From the NCBI GenBank assembly GCA_028714495.1, contig JAQTMH010000001.1, positions 179,814 to 243,813 of the forward strand: a stretch of DNA of 64,000 nucleotides, written 5' to 3'. Under the pieces are notes generated by a model. The model saw nothing but the letters and a program-made list of their open reading frames with translations. It was not told the DNA's origin and did not search any database. Below are positions 47,419-56,149 of the stretch, piece after piece. The stretch comes from Patescibacteria group bacterium. Lineage in GTDB: Bacteria > Patescibacteriota > Patescibacteriia > JAHIZJ01. Position numbers and translations under genes: made by a program. The number at the start of each line of letters is the position of its first letter. The stretch's first letter is position 1.

Positions 47419-48534
47419 TTATCGAAACATGGCCTTCAAGCTGCCCCAGGAGCAATGTTCAACCGGCGTCTGATCAGCCGGGAAAGCGCCGATCAGCTCA
47501 TCAACGCAGCCAGTCGGATGGTTGCCTGACTGGCACGGCGATGTGGCTGACAAACGGTAACCGCCCGATGCCCGGTCAGAGAATTCAGGGTCCAGGGAGA
47601 AATTGCCGCCAGCGTCAATCCCGCACATCTCATCTCCAAAAGTGTGGCCGAAGATATCGCAGCACTGGAACGAACTGCCGCTGTCACAAACGCAACATAC
47701 GGCCGGACCGATGCCATAAGCCAGGATTGAGCAGTAGAAAGACACATAGCCCAAGCAGGTGATGTAAAATGAAGCCCCACGCTCAGCTTCGTTATCAGAC
47801 ACGGTGCAGTTGTTGAACACGGCTTGAGTATTGCTCGCCCAGATGCCGCCACCGCCCGATGAACACGTATTGTGATCGATCAAACAGCGGGTAAAGGTCG
47901 GGTCGCCACCGCTGTCAACGCAAGCAACACCTCCTCCGCCAACGTGGGCTATATTCTCAGAGAACCGACAGTCCTCAAACACCGAATTTGATCCGGCACA
48001 GTAGAGGCCGCCGCCGTAGTAGTCTGCCTGGTTGCCCGCAAAGACGCAATCTGAGAAGTGATTCGCTCCCCCGGATATTGATACGCCTCCGCCTCTGCAT
48101 CCAACGTTGTTGGTGATAATGTCGTTGACGAATTCAATTTCCGAGTAAGCACAGCTAATGCCGGCTCCATCACGCATGGACAGAAGACCCCCCCTGATGG
48201 TAAAGCCTTCAATCCGAGTCCCTGAATCACAAGAATCAGCCAGTATGACCCGACCCAGACTCTGGGCATCAATGATCGTGGTTTCTGGCCCGGCTTCGCT
48301 GATCAGAGAGACTCCACTCTTCATCACTACGCAGTGGTATATAACACCATACTGATCTCCAATTTCATGAACGCAGTCAGTATAGGTACCAGGACCCACG
48401 CTGACCACATCCCCGGCTTCGGCCACGTCAATCGCCGCCTGAATCGTAGCGTACTGATCCGGCACAGAATAGGTTTCAGCCAGACCGACACCAGCCATCG
48501 AAAAAACACACAGCGCAACAATCAACGTCCTCAT
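47419..48534 (-). CDS. secreted right-handed parallel beta-helix repeat protein (G+C-rich)
   Basis: signal peptide MRTLIVALCVFSMAGVGLA; repeated ...NxVxxNxAxxGGGG... beta-helix units (GGGVSISGG, GGGLYCAGS, GGGGVACVDSGG, SSGGGGIWAS). Confidence 0.65.
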   Translation of the reverse strand: MRTLIVALCVFSMAGVGLAETYSVPDQYATIQAAIDVAEAGDVVSVGPGTYTDCVHEIGDQYGVIYHCVVMKSGVSLISEAGPETTIIDAQSLGRVILADSCDSGTRIEGFTIRGGLLSMRDGAGISCAYSEIEFVNDIITNNVGCRGGGVSISGGANHFSDCVFAGNQADYYGGGLYCAGSNSVFEDCRFSENIAHVGGGGVACVDSGGDPTFTRCLIDHNTCSSGGGGIWASNTQAVFNNCTVSDNEAERGASFYITCLGYVSFYCSILAYGIGPAVCCVCDSGSSFQCCDIFGHTFGDEMCGIDAGGNFSLDPEFSDRASGGYRLSATSPCQSGNHPTGCVDELIGAFPADQTPVEHCSWGSLKAMFR

Positions 48535-48715
48535 TTCTCTACCCTCCTTCTTGGCTTTTTTGGCCCAGATTTATCAAAGAACAAGGTCCTTTCCCAGTAA
48601 TTTGACCTTAGGCCGATTAGTTTAAAATGTCAATATAAAAACAAAACAACGGGGGTTAATAATCCCTGTCGTCTTTATTTAGTGTACCTCTTCCACTATC
48701 TAAGCGTTTATTGAC

Positions 48716-48758
48716 TGGAGCGGGAGACCCCGCCGCTCGCGAGCGGCGGGGCGACCTC
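48716..48758 (-). repeat. copy of tRNA-Gly(GCC) acceptor ends with T-arm replaced by GC hairpin
   Basis: tggagcgggaga-ccccgccgctcgcgagcggcgggg-cgacctc versus genuine tggagcgggagacgggattcgcacccgcgacctc at 48834; same hairpin as at 35900. Confidence 0.5.
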
Positions 48759-48833
48759 TATAACAATTTGGCGGAAGAGGTCGCACCTATATCGAATAAC
48801 AAAAACACCCGGTATAACCGAGATGTCTTTGAC

Positions 48834-48908
48834 TGGAGCGGGAGACGGGATTCGCACCCGCGACCTCTTCCTTGGCAAGGAAGCATTCTACTACTGAACT
48901 ACTCCCGC
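48834..48908 (-). tRNA. tRNA-Gly(GCC), CCA encoded
   Basis: gcgggag ta gttc agtagta gaat g cttcc ttgccaa ggaag aggtc gcggg tgcgaat cccgt ctcccgc t cca. Confidence 0.85.
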
Positions 48909-49035
48909 AAGTGTCGTGGATAAACGCGAAGGTGGGTTGGCAAGTAAACATCAAACTATGCTGCCCGGCATACCCGACTAGATCAGGAACCGGGGGGAAC
49001 CGCCGTATAGGGGTTTTGTCCCGCAGCCCACGCTT

Positions 49036-49110
49036 TGGAGGCCAGGAGGGGAATCGAACCCCTGTATAAGGGTTTTGCAGACCCTCGCCTTACCGCTTGG
49101 CTACCTGGCC
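49036..49110 (-). tRNA. tRNA-Cys(GCA), CCA encoded
   Basis: ggccagg ta gcca agcggtaa ggcg a agggt ctgcaaa accct tatac agggg ttcgatt cccct cctggcc t cca; flanked by cacgctttgg / ccaaagcgtg helix. Confidence 0.85.
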
Positions 49111-49133
49111 ATCAGCTTCCAAAGCGTGGGAAC

Positions 49134-49204
49134 GGGATCCCGCCTTCATTATACTGTATAAAGGTGGCGGGACAGACCGCCGCCTTGCTACTTGGCTACC
49201 ACGC
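49134..49204 (-). pseudogene. degenerate tRNA-Cys-like tandem copy
   Basis: ggcgtgg ta gcca agtagcaa ggcg... retains the acceptor/D-arm of tRNA-Cys but anticodon and T arms are disrupted (cccgccacc...aaggcgggatcccg hairpin, also seen at about 9030-9070). Confidence 0.4.
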
Positions 49205-49278
49205 CAGATTACTGCGCTTTTACAACTATACCAAAAATTTAAAGAGGTGGTCAACGCCACTGCCACTAATTTAATCGG

Positions 49279-49791
49279 TTATAAAACCTCGATTTTCAGT
49301 ACCTTTACACCCCACTGCTTGGCCTCGGCCTTGCTCGGCATCCATATGTCAAAATGGTATTGGCTGGCGCCAGCACGCAGTCTGTCTTGAACGATAAAGG
49401 TTTTATTACCCGTTGTTCCAGGAATTCTGACTTTTGATCCGAAAGGTAAATAATTATAGGCAACAACTCCGGCATGGGTTTTTGAGCCTGAAGCAGTTGT
49501 AAATGGATCACCATCAGTTTCATCTATCGAGCTTGAATAAGCCGTAACCGTAGCGATGATAGTTTTCTTCACCGGCCGGTCCGGTACCTCAGGCAAACGT
49601 TCACAGGTCAATAAGCTAGAATTATTACCAGTCAATCTCAAATCCCTATAGATTGCCTCATGGGCATCAACTGTGATTGTCCGAATGCCATAAGCTGTCG
49701 TTTGCTGGGGGTAGATAAATTCAATCAAACCAAAGAATATCGCTATCGATGCAACTTTGCGTCTGGCCTTCAATTCTTTCAAATAAGACAT
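49279..49791 (-). CDS. 3D-domain (MltA-like) cell-wall-binding protein
   Basis: ATVTAYSSSIDETDGDPFTTASG...GVVAYNYLPFGSKVRIPG...FIVQDRLR 3D-domain pattern; N-terminal TM. Confidence 0.7.
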   Translation of the reverse strand: MSYLKELKARRKVASIAIFFGLIEFIYPQQTTAYGIRTITVDAHEAIYRDLRLTGNNSSLLTCERLPEVPDRPVKKTIIATVTAYSSSIDETDGDPFTTASGSKTHAGVVAYNYLPFGSKVRIPGTTGNKTFIVQDRLRAGASQYHFDIWMPSKAEAKQWGVKVLKIEVL

Positions 49792-49972
49792 ATTTTAAGC
49801 CTTTATTAATAATGTTTGACAAATTAAAAAAATCCTGGCATTACAGGATTTTTTGGCTACTGGCAGCATCCTAGCACAACTCTAAAATGCTGTCAATGGT
49901 GTTTTACGACACCTTAAAATGACTCACTATTTTCAGTAATTTTTAGGGTGATCTTTTGTATCCTAATTTATC

Positions 49973-50164
49973 TTAAGGCTTGAGCGAAATCGCCTGATAC
50001 GGGCAACTGTCTGCCGCGGCCTGGCAGTCACAACCAGCCTCTTCGCAAGTTCCTTTGGCGATTACTTGTGATTTGCCGCTATCATCCAGGGCGAAGACGT
50101 TCGGGCAAAGAGCAACGCAAGTACCGCAGCCCTGGCACTTTTCTTTATCAACAGTTGGTTTCAT
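49973..50164 (-). CDS. 4Fe-4S ferredoxin
   Basis: CQGCGTCVALCP ... CEEAGCDCQAAADSCP. Confidence 0.8.
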   Translation of the reverse strand: MKPTVDKEKCQGCGTCVALCPNVFALDDSGKSQVIAKGTCEEAGCDCQAAADSCPYQAISLKP

Positions 50165-50182
50165 TTTTTAGGATTTTTATTA

Positions 50183-50764
50183 TTAATTTTTTATCTTTCT
50201 AAGATCAGCACCGAGGCTGGCTCGAGTTACCTTTCGTCCAAGCTTTAAGCGGAGATACTCCCCGATTAAGAAACCTACCGGAACCAAAACCACATTACCG
50301 ATAAGCTGAGGTTTCAGGAAAGGCAGGCCCATGTAGTAGCAATAAAGAAGCCCATTCAAGCTTTTTTCATACCAAGGGGTAATCAGCCAGACTCCGAAAT
50401 TGGTATAGAGGTAGAAGAACAGGGAAAACGCCAAACCAGAGCCCAAACCCGCAAGAACAATTTTCTTGTTCAGTCCCATGAGCCTCAAACCCAGCCCCAA
50501 GCCACCTCCAATCAGATAGGCTGACCAGGTAAAAACGAAGATACTCGTGTTTCCGATGGCCATGTCCGAGCCTACCATTATTCCCAGTGGCACCGCGAAG
50601 GCATAAATTCCGCCCAGAAAAAAACCGGCGACTAGGGACAAGGTCGTGACCAGCTCAACATTCGGCGCGATGTGAAAAACCGTCCGACTACAAATACCAA
50701 TTATGATTAATCCAACGGCTAGAACCGCCTTGCGTCCGAGATAGGACAATATTTTTTCTCTCAT
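50183..50764 (-). CDS. ECF-transporter S-component-like membrane protein (candidate cobalamin uptake)
   Basis: about 6 TM helices, about 190 aa; downstream of cobalamin riboswitch and DUF4430-like gene. Confidence 0.45.
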   Translation of the reverse strand: MREKILSYLGRKAVLAVGLIIIGICSRTVFHIAPNVELVTTLSLVAGFFLGGIYAFAVPLGIMVGSDMAIGNTSIFVFTWSAYLIGGGLGLGLRLMGLNKKIVLAGLGSGLAFSLFFYLYTNFGVWLITPWYEKSLNGLLYCYYMGLPFLKPQLIGNVVLVPVGFLIGEYLRLKLGRKVTRASLGADLRKIKN

Positions 50765-50776
50765 GCTTTTTAAGGT

Positions 50777-51232
50777 TTAGAAGATGCTCTCTTGAAAACG
50801 AAATTCAATTTTGTCGCCGGCCTGAACTAACTGCTGATCAGCTCCGACCTGGGCTGACTCTCCATTGACATACAAAATCCAATACTTGTTATTTGTGCCA
50901 TTTTTCTGGCCGTTGATGCTTTCGATCAATACACCGGTGCTGTAGGATTTGGTTTCGTAGGCGAAAGATTTAAGCTTTGCCGCTCGTTCCAGAGTTTGAA
51001 GCGCGGTTTGGCCAGGCACCGGAGAGATGTTTTGATTGGTGATGTCATTGCCGTCATCGATAACCAGCTGAACATAATAACCCTGAGTTTCCGCTCCAGC
51101 TACCTTGCCTCGATCTTGAGGCTTTAGAGCGGCTAGTTCTGGTTGGGGTAGAGCTGACATGCTGTACATTAGAACCCCAGACACCAGGGCTGAAACGACT
51201 AACACTAACATTGATAATTGTGATTTTTTCAT
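50777..51232 (-). CDS. DUF4430-like secreted protein (B12-uptake-associated family)
   Basis: signal/TM N-terminus; YYVQLVIDDGN...WILYVNGESAQVGADQQLVQAGDKIEFRF pattern. Confidence 0.55.
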   Translation of the reverse strand: MKKSQLSMLVLVVSALVSGVLMYSMSALPQPELAALKPQDRGKVAGAETQGYYVQLVIDDGNDITNQNISPVPGQTALQTLERAAKLKSFAYETKSYSTGVLIESINGQKNGTNNKYWILYVNGESAQVGADQQLVQAGDKIEFRFQESIF

Positions 51233-51252
51233 ATTAGTTTTCTCTTAATTGT

Positions 51253-51425
51253 TAGGATAGGACTTACGCGTTTGAGCCAAGTTCAAGGCAAAATGCGAGG
51301 ATTGGGCGAAGCCGTAGTGGAACTACGGTGAGTCCAACCGCAGCATTTTAACGCAGAAATTGGCCAAAGCCGATTGCGGGCGGGCTCTGCCCGCTCGAAA
51401 ATCGGCAAACGCGTAATGTTCTAAA
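51253..51425. mobile_element. MITE-like TIR element, copy 2, inserted between the riboswitch and its gene
   Basis: taggacttacgcgtttgagccaagttcaagg...cgcgtaatgttctaa; collinear with copy 1 at 22141-22318, with different (compensatory) internal hairpins cgtagtggaactacg and gcgggcgggctctgcccgc. Confidence 0.6.
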
Positions 51426-51439
51426 TAAAAATCCCGAAA

Positions 51440-51630
51440 CCTTCGGGATGGGCCATCTTTTCGACCGAAGATTGGCAATATTTAATAGGGTATCCTGACT
51501 TATGGAGGAATTGCTCGTTGCGCCTTCCCACCCAGCCCATCACGATAGGCTGGACAGTGGCTTTTCACAACTTGCTTCTCCACTTACAGTGGCGGGACCG
51601 CGCTGGATTTTCACCAGCTTCCCCTTATAT
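51440..51630 (-). promoter_or_regulatory. cobalamin riboswitch
   Basis: minus-strand reading ggaagctggtgaaaatccagcgcggtcccgccactgtaagtggagaagc...aagtcaggataccc; diagnostic gguGAAAAUCC / CGGUCCCGCCACUGU core and B12-box-like AAGTCAGGA. Confidence 0.75.
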
Positions 51631-51785
51631 GTCTAATTGTTAATAAACTGCGACTTGACCTGTTGTTTTTTAATTCTAGTCTAAGCGTATTATGATGTCA
51701 AATTAGAATTCAAAATTCTAAATGTTAAATCATTGTTTCCGCCTCTCGACCCTGCTCTAGGCGGCTTCCTTCATTTTTAATTCTC

Positions 51786-52319
51786 TTAATAATCTATCCC
51801 GGGCTGGGCCAGAATACCCTTTCGAAACGGGTGCTTGATTTCTTTCATTTCGGTAACCAGGTCAGCCATTTTAATCACTCTGGGGTGGGCGCGGCGGCCG
51901 GTCAGGACTAAAGTCAACGAGTTGGGTTTATGTTTGATGAGATCGATAACTTTATTGAGCGGGATAAGCTTGCCAGCGACTGCGCCGTTTATTTCATCGA
52001 GTATTAATACATCGCACCGCTTAAGCCAATGCCTGGCCTCGCGGAAAGCCGCCCGAGCGGCCTTTTGATGCGCTGACAACGGCTGAGTGTCCTTTTGGAT
52101 CCCGACATAACCTCGACCCAGGGCCCTGATAATAAATCTTGGTTTCAGGCGCTGGGCAATTTTCATCTCTCCAGACTCTTTGGCGGATTTTACGAACTGC
52201 ACCATGGCCACCTTTTTATTATAGGCAGCCGCGCGCAGGGCTAAACCCAGAGCCGCGGTGGTTTTTCCCTTGCCCTGGCCGGTGTAAACGATTGTAAGCC
52301 CCCCGGGTTTTTTGGCCAT
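51786..52319 (-). CDS. cobO: cob(I)alamin adenosyltransferase (CobO/BtuR type)
   Basis: LTIVYTGQGKGKTTAALGLALRAAAYNKKVAMVQF...VLILDEINGA; internal Met start preferred. Confidence 0.85.
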   Translation of the reverse strand: MAKKPGGLTIVYTGQGKGKTTAALGLALRAAAYNKKVAMVQFVKSAKESGEMKIAQRLKPRFIIRALGRGYVGIQKDTQPLSAHQKAARAAFREARHWLKRCDVLILDEINGAVAGKLIPLNKVIDLIKHKPNSLTLVLTGRRAHPRVIKMADLVTEMKEIKHPFRKGILAQPGIDY

Positions 52320-52324
52320 AGCAT

Positions 52325-54613
52325 CTATGAAATACTGCAAGCTGAAAAGCCGCAGCCGGGACAGCTCATGCAGCCTTCTTTGATTTCAAGACGTGAGCCG
52401 CATTCTGGGCACTTATCCTTATCCACCATCTCACCCAAGGTCACCTCTTGTTTGATCGAACGGGTGCCGACAGAATCATCCTCCTTTTTCTTTTCCTCGG
52501 CGCCAATATTCAGCACCTGGGTTTCGCGGCTGCGATCGCGGTAAATAGTCACCCCCTTGCAACCAAGCTTGTAGGCTAAGAGGTAGACTTTTTCAACGTC
52601 ATCGATCGTGGCGTTGTGCGGAAAATTCACCGTCTTGGATACGGCATTGTCAGTATATTTCTGAAAAGCCGCCTGCATTTTAATATGGTCTTCGGGAGTG
52701 ATGTCATGAGCCGTTACGAAAACCTTCCGGACTTTTTCCGGTATTTCGGTGAATGACTGAATTGTGCCTTTTTCGGCGATTTTCCGCATCAATTCGTCGC
52801 TGTAAAAACCCTCGTCTTTCGCCACCCTTTCAAAATAGGGATTAACTTCGATCAGAGTATCGCCTGAATCGAGGATATTTTTCCGGACATAGGATATGGC
52901 AAATAACGGTTCGATGCCGGAAGAACATCCGGCGATGATGGAAATGGTGCCGGTGGGCGCGATGGTAGTCCGGGTGGAATTGCGGATTTTCTTGCCTTTT
53001 TTATCAGAGGCGTAAATGCTTTGGGTAAAGCTCGGAAAGGCGCCCCGAACATCCGCTAATTCTTCTGACATGGTCCGGGCTTCCCGGTTGACAAACTGCA
53101 TTATTTTTTCGCCCAGCTTCAAAGCCTCGGACGAGTTATAAGGCACCTCAAGTTGAACCAAAAGGTCGGCAAAGCCCATTATACCCAGGCCGATTTTCCG
53201 GTTCTTTTCCACCATTTCTTCAATCTGGGACAAGGGGAAACGGTTCATGTCAATTACGTTATCCAGAAAATGGGTCGCCGTGCGGACCGTGCGCCTGAGC
53301 GCGTCCCAATCAATTTCTTTCTTATCCGTTACTATCTTCGCCAAGTTAATTGAGCCAAGATTGCATGATTCAAAAGGCAGAAGCGGCTGCTCACCGCAGG
53401 GATTCGTTGACTCAATCTCGCCGATGGCCGGCGTTGGATTATGCCGGTTCATCTGGTCAATGAAGATTATTCCGGGATCGCCGTTTTTCCAGGCCATCGT
53501 AGTCATCAAATCAAAAACCTTGCTGGCTGAAATCTTTTTTGAAACTAATTTATTGCGGGGATTGATCAGTTCATAATCGCGGTCTTTCTCGACCGCTTTC
53601 ATAAATTCCTCGGTCACGGCCACTGAAATATTGAAATTATTCAGTTCCTGATTATTTTCCTTGCAGGTGATAAATTCGAAAATGTCCGGGTGATCAACTC
53701 TAATAATGCCCATGTTGGCTCCCCGCCTGGTACCGCCCTGTTTGACCGCTTCCGTGGCCGCGTTAAAAACCCGCATGAAGGAAATCGGGCCCGAGGCTAC
53801 CCCACCGGTTGATTTTACGATATCGCCCTTGGGTCGAAGCCGCGTAAAAGAAAAACCCGTGCCGCCGCCGCTTTGGTGGATCAAGGCCGTGTTTTTTATT
53901 GCTTCGAAAATGCTCGACATGTCATCGTCGACCGGCAGGACAAAACAGCCGGCCAATTGCTGGAGATCGCGGCCGGCGTTCATCAACGTCGGCGAATTCG
54001 GCAAAAATTCAAAGTTGCTCATCACCCGATAAAATTCCTTGGCCGTATCCTCAATATTCACGTCCTGGTGGTAGAGCGTTTTGTAGAGATTGTCGGCGTA
54101 AGCAATGTTATTGGCAACACGCTTAAACATTTCTTCGGGCGATTCCGTAATCTTGCCCTGTTCGTCCTTGCTCAAATACCTCTTTTGCAAAACCACCATG
54201 GCGTTGGGCGTGGATTTCACCTTGACCTGGTATTCCTGCAGCATTTTGCGGGCTTCGCGGATTTCCTTGTGCTTCTGACGGTAAATGATGTACGCTTTGG
54301 CCACTTTAAATAGGCTGCTGCGAACCAATATTTCCTCAACAATATCCTGCACCCCCTCGACTGCCGGAATCGCCCCAGCCGGCAATCGTTCAACTAAAAT
54401 GGTTACCGCTTCATCAGCCAGCCTGCGAGCCAAGGATTTATTCAGCTCATTGACCGAGATCATCGCTTTTTGGATGGCCAGGGCTATTTTATTATGGTCA
54501 AAGGGGACAACCTGGCCGTCACGCTTGCGAATTTCCTTCGGCATTTGCTTAAATCTTTTACTCAGAAGCCGGGTGGCGAAGTTTGTGGGTTGAGAAGTAG
54601 CTGTTTCTTTCAT
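52325..54613 (-). CDS. nrdJ: class II (adenosylcobalamin-dependent) ribonucleotide reductase with ATP-cone and C-terminal zinc ribbon
   Basis: ATP-cone IRKRDGQVVPFDHNKIALAIQKA; catalytic core NPCGEQPL, TIAPTGTISI; C-terminal CPECGS...CPGCGFSAC. Confidence 0.9.
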   Translation of the reverse strand: MKETATSQPTNFATRLLSKRFKQMPKEIRKRDGQVVPFDHNKIALAIQKAMISVNELNKSLARRLADEAVTILVERLPAGAIPAVEGVQDIVEEILVRSSLFKVAKAYIIYRQKHKEIREARKMLQEYQVKVKSTPNAMVVLQKRYLSKDEQGKITESPEEMFKRVANNIAYADNLYKTLYHQDVNIEDTAKEFYRVMSNFEFLPNSPTLMNAGRDLQQLAGCFVLPVDDDMSSIFEAIKNTALIHQSGGGTGFSFTRLRPKGDIVKSTGGVASGPISFMRVFNAATEAVKQGGTRRGANMGIIRVDHPDIFEFITCKENNQELNNFNISVAVTEEFMKAVEKDRDYELINPRNKLVSKKISASKVFDLMTTMAWKNGDPGIIFIDQMNRHNPTPAIGEIESTNPCGEQPLLPFESCNLGSINLAKIVTDKKEIDWDALRRTVRTATHFLDNVIDMNRFPLSQIEEMVEKNRKIGLGIMGFADLLVQLEVPYNSSEALKLGEKIMQFVNREARTMSEELADVRGAFPSFTQSIYASDKKGKKIRNSTRTTIAPTGTISIIAGCSSGIEPLFAISYVRKNILDSGDTLIEVNPYFERVAKDEGFYSDELMRKIAEKGTIQSFTEIPEKVRKVFVTAHDITPEDHIKMQAAFQKYTDNAVSKTVNFPHNATIDDVEKVYLLAYKLGCKGVTIYRDRSRETQVLNIGAEEKKKEDDSVGTRSIKQEVTLGEMVDKDKCPECGSRLEIKEGCMSCPGCGFSACSIS

Positions 54614-54621
54614 ATATTTAG

Positions 54622-55077
54622 TTATTTATCGGCTTTTTTTAATTTATCAATCTCCGAATCAAAAGTCTGCAGATCAGGGAAGGATTTATAAACCGAGGCG
54701 AATCTTAAATAGGCGACCGGATCCAGTTCTTTCAGCTTATCAATCACTATTTGGCCGATCTTTTGACTCGAAATTTGGCCGCCGCCGATTTTCTGGATCT
54801 CAATCTCAATCTGGGTAACCAGTTTTTGAATGTCCTCTTCGCTGAAAGGCCGCTTCTCGAGAGCCTTGCGAATGCCAGTCTCGAGCTTGACCCGCTTGTA
54901 AGCTTCGCGATTGCCGTCCTTCTTTATCACCTGGACGTCTAGGAGCACGATCCGCTCGTGGGTGGTGAAGCGAAAACGGCAGCTTAAACACTCCCGCCGG
55001 CGCCTGACCGTCATCTCGGCCGGAAAGACCCGGGAATCAACTACCTTAGTTTCAGCCTGACAGATGGGACACTGCAT
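54622..55077 (-). CDS. nrdR: transcriptional repressor NrdR
   Basis: MQCPICQAETKVVDSR...RRRRECLSCRFRFTTHERI zinc ribbon + ATP-cone. Confidence 0.9.
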   Translation of the reverse strand: MQCPICQAETKVVDSRVFPAEMTVRRRRECLSCRFRFTTHERIVLLDVQVIKKDGNREAYKRVKLETGIRKALEKRPFSEEDIQKLVTQIEIEIQKIGGGQISSQKIGQIVIDKLKELDPVAYLRFASVYKSFPDLQTFDSEIDKLKKADK

Positions 55078-55390
55078 AAGGAATTAGATCCCCGATTAAA
55101 TCGGGGACAAGATTAAAAATGTAAAAATTAATAAATAATAAGGAAAATTCGGGACTTAATTGAAGAGCAAAAAAAATTAAGCGGTTCTTCTGCCAATTTC
55201 ACCCTGCCTCCCACATCTCGTGCTGTGTTTATCAGTATAGCACAATTGTTCAGCCAGTGAAAAAAACAGTTAGCTTTATTTTTGGCTTATTTCAGGCCAG
55301 TAAACAAACGATGTGTGTCGGAAAACAAAATGGTGTGGATAACTTGATTGCTACTAGAGCGGAAAGCTGGATTTTCTTCAACTGGGCAAT

Positions 55391-55660
55391 TCAGCGTTCA
55401 CCCACAATCTCCTTTAAGAGACATTTTCCGCCGGAGGTATGCTTTATTTCAATTTGGGCGTTATTGGCAATTGTGTTTTTGGCAAGCATTTTCAAATTAA
55501 AACGTAAATTGGCCGGAGTTATCTCCTCACCGTGATCCTTTACCTCACCCAAATCGATCACCAGCTTGGTGATTTTCTTAAGTTTCTTGGTTTTGGCTGT
55601 ATTCATGGCCGCTCCAAGAATATCCTGAGCCGCGTAGAGATCGTGCATAATATTTATCAA
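55391..55660 (-). CDS. hypothetical small protein
   Basis: 89-aa ORF; no family recognised. Confidence 0.3.
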   Translation of the reverse strand: MINIMHDLYAAQDILGAAMNTAKTKKLKKITKLVIDLGEVKDHGEEITPANLRFNLKMLAKNTIANNAQIEIKHTSGGKCLLKEIVGER

Positions 55661-55762
55661 TCAACTAATTAACAAATAAACAATATTCATAATTTGTTTT
55701 TCACGGGTTAATTGGTTGATTAGTAAATTAATGGGTGGCGCAGGTCATGCGACCACCTGCAG

Positions 55763-56137
55763 TCACCCCAATTCCTGATTTACTCTTCGCACGAGATCCG
55801 ATGGCGTGATTTGCGTTTTTACGATGAAATCTACAGCGCCGAGCCGCTCGCTTTGTAGCTTCATCTCCTTTTTGGCTAGATTTGTCAGCATGATGACCGG
55901 AATATCGCGCGTGACGTCGTCACTTTTCAGCTTTTTCAGCACTTCGACGCCGCTTTCATTTACCAGGATCAAATCCAGTAGGATAATGTCGGGTTTTTCA
56001 GACCTGGCGGCCGTTATTCCCTCCCCGCCGTTTCGCGCCGATATTAATACAAAACCTTCTTTTTCAAACTTAAATCGGTACATATTAATCTGATCCTGAT
56101 CGTCTTCAATGAGTAAAATCTTGCATGTATTTGTCAT
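55763..56137 (-). CDS. response regulator, receiver domain only
   Basis: KILLIEDDQDQ...PDIILLDLIL...IMLTNLAKKE CheY-like. Confidence 0.8.
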   Translation of the reverse strand: MTNTCKILLIEDDQDQINMYRFKFEKEGFVLISARNGGEGITAARSEKPDIILLDLILVNESGVEVLKKLKSDDVTRDIPVIMLTNLAKKEMKLQSERLGAVDFIVKTQITPSDLVRRVNQELG

Positions 56138-56149
56138 TATTGTAGTCAG

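Noticed and set aside
55257-55535. 92-aa plus-strand ORF between nrdR and the response regulator
   Set aside because: It overlaps the more plausible minus-strand ORF 55391-55660 and has no RBS or motif. Neither is confidently coding, and only the minus-strand one was listed at low confidence.
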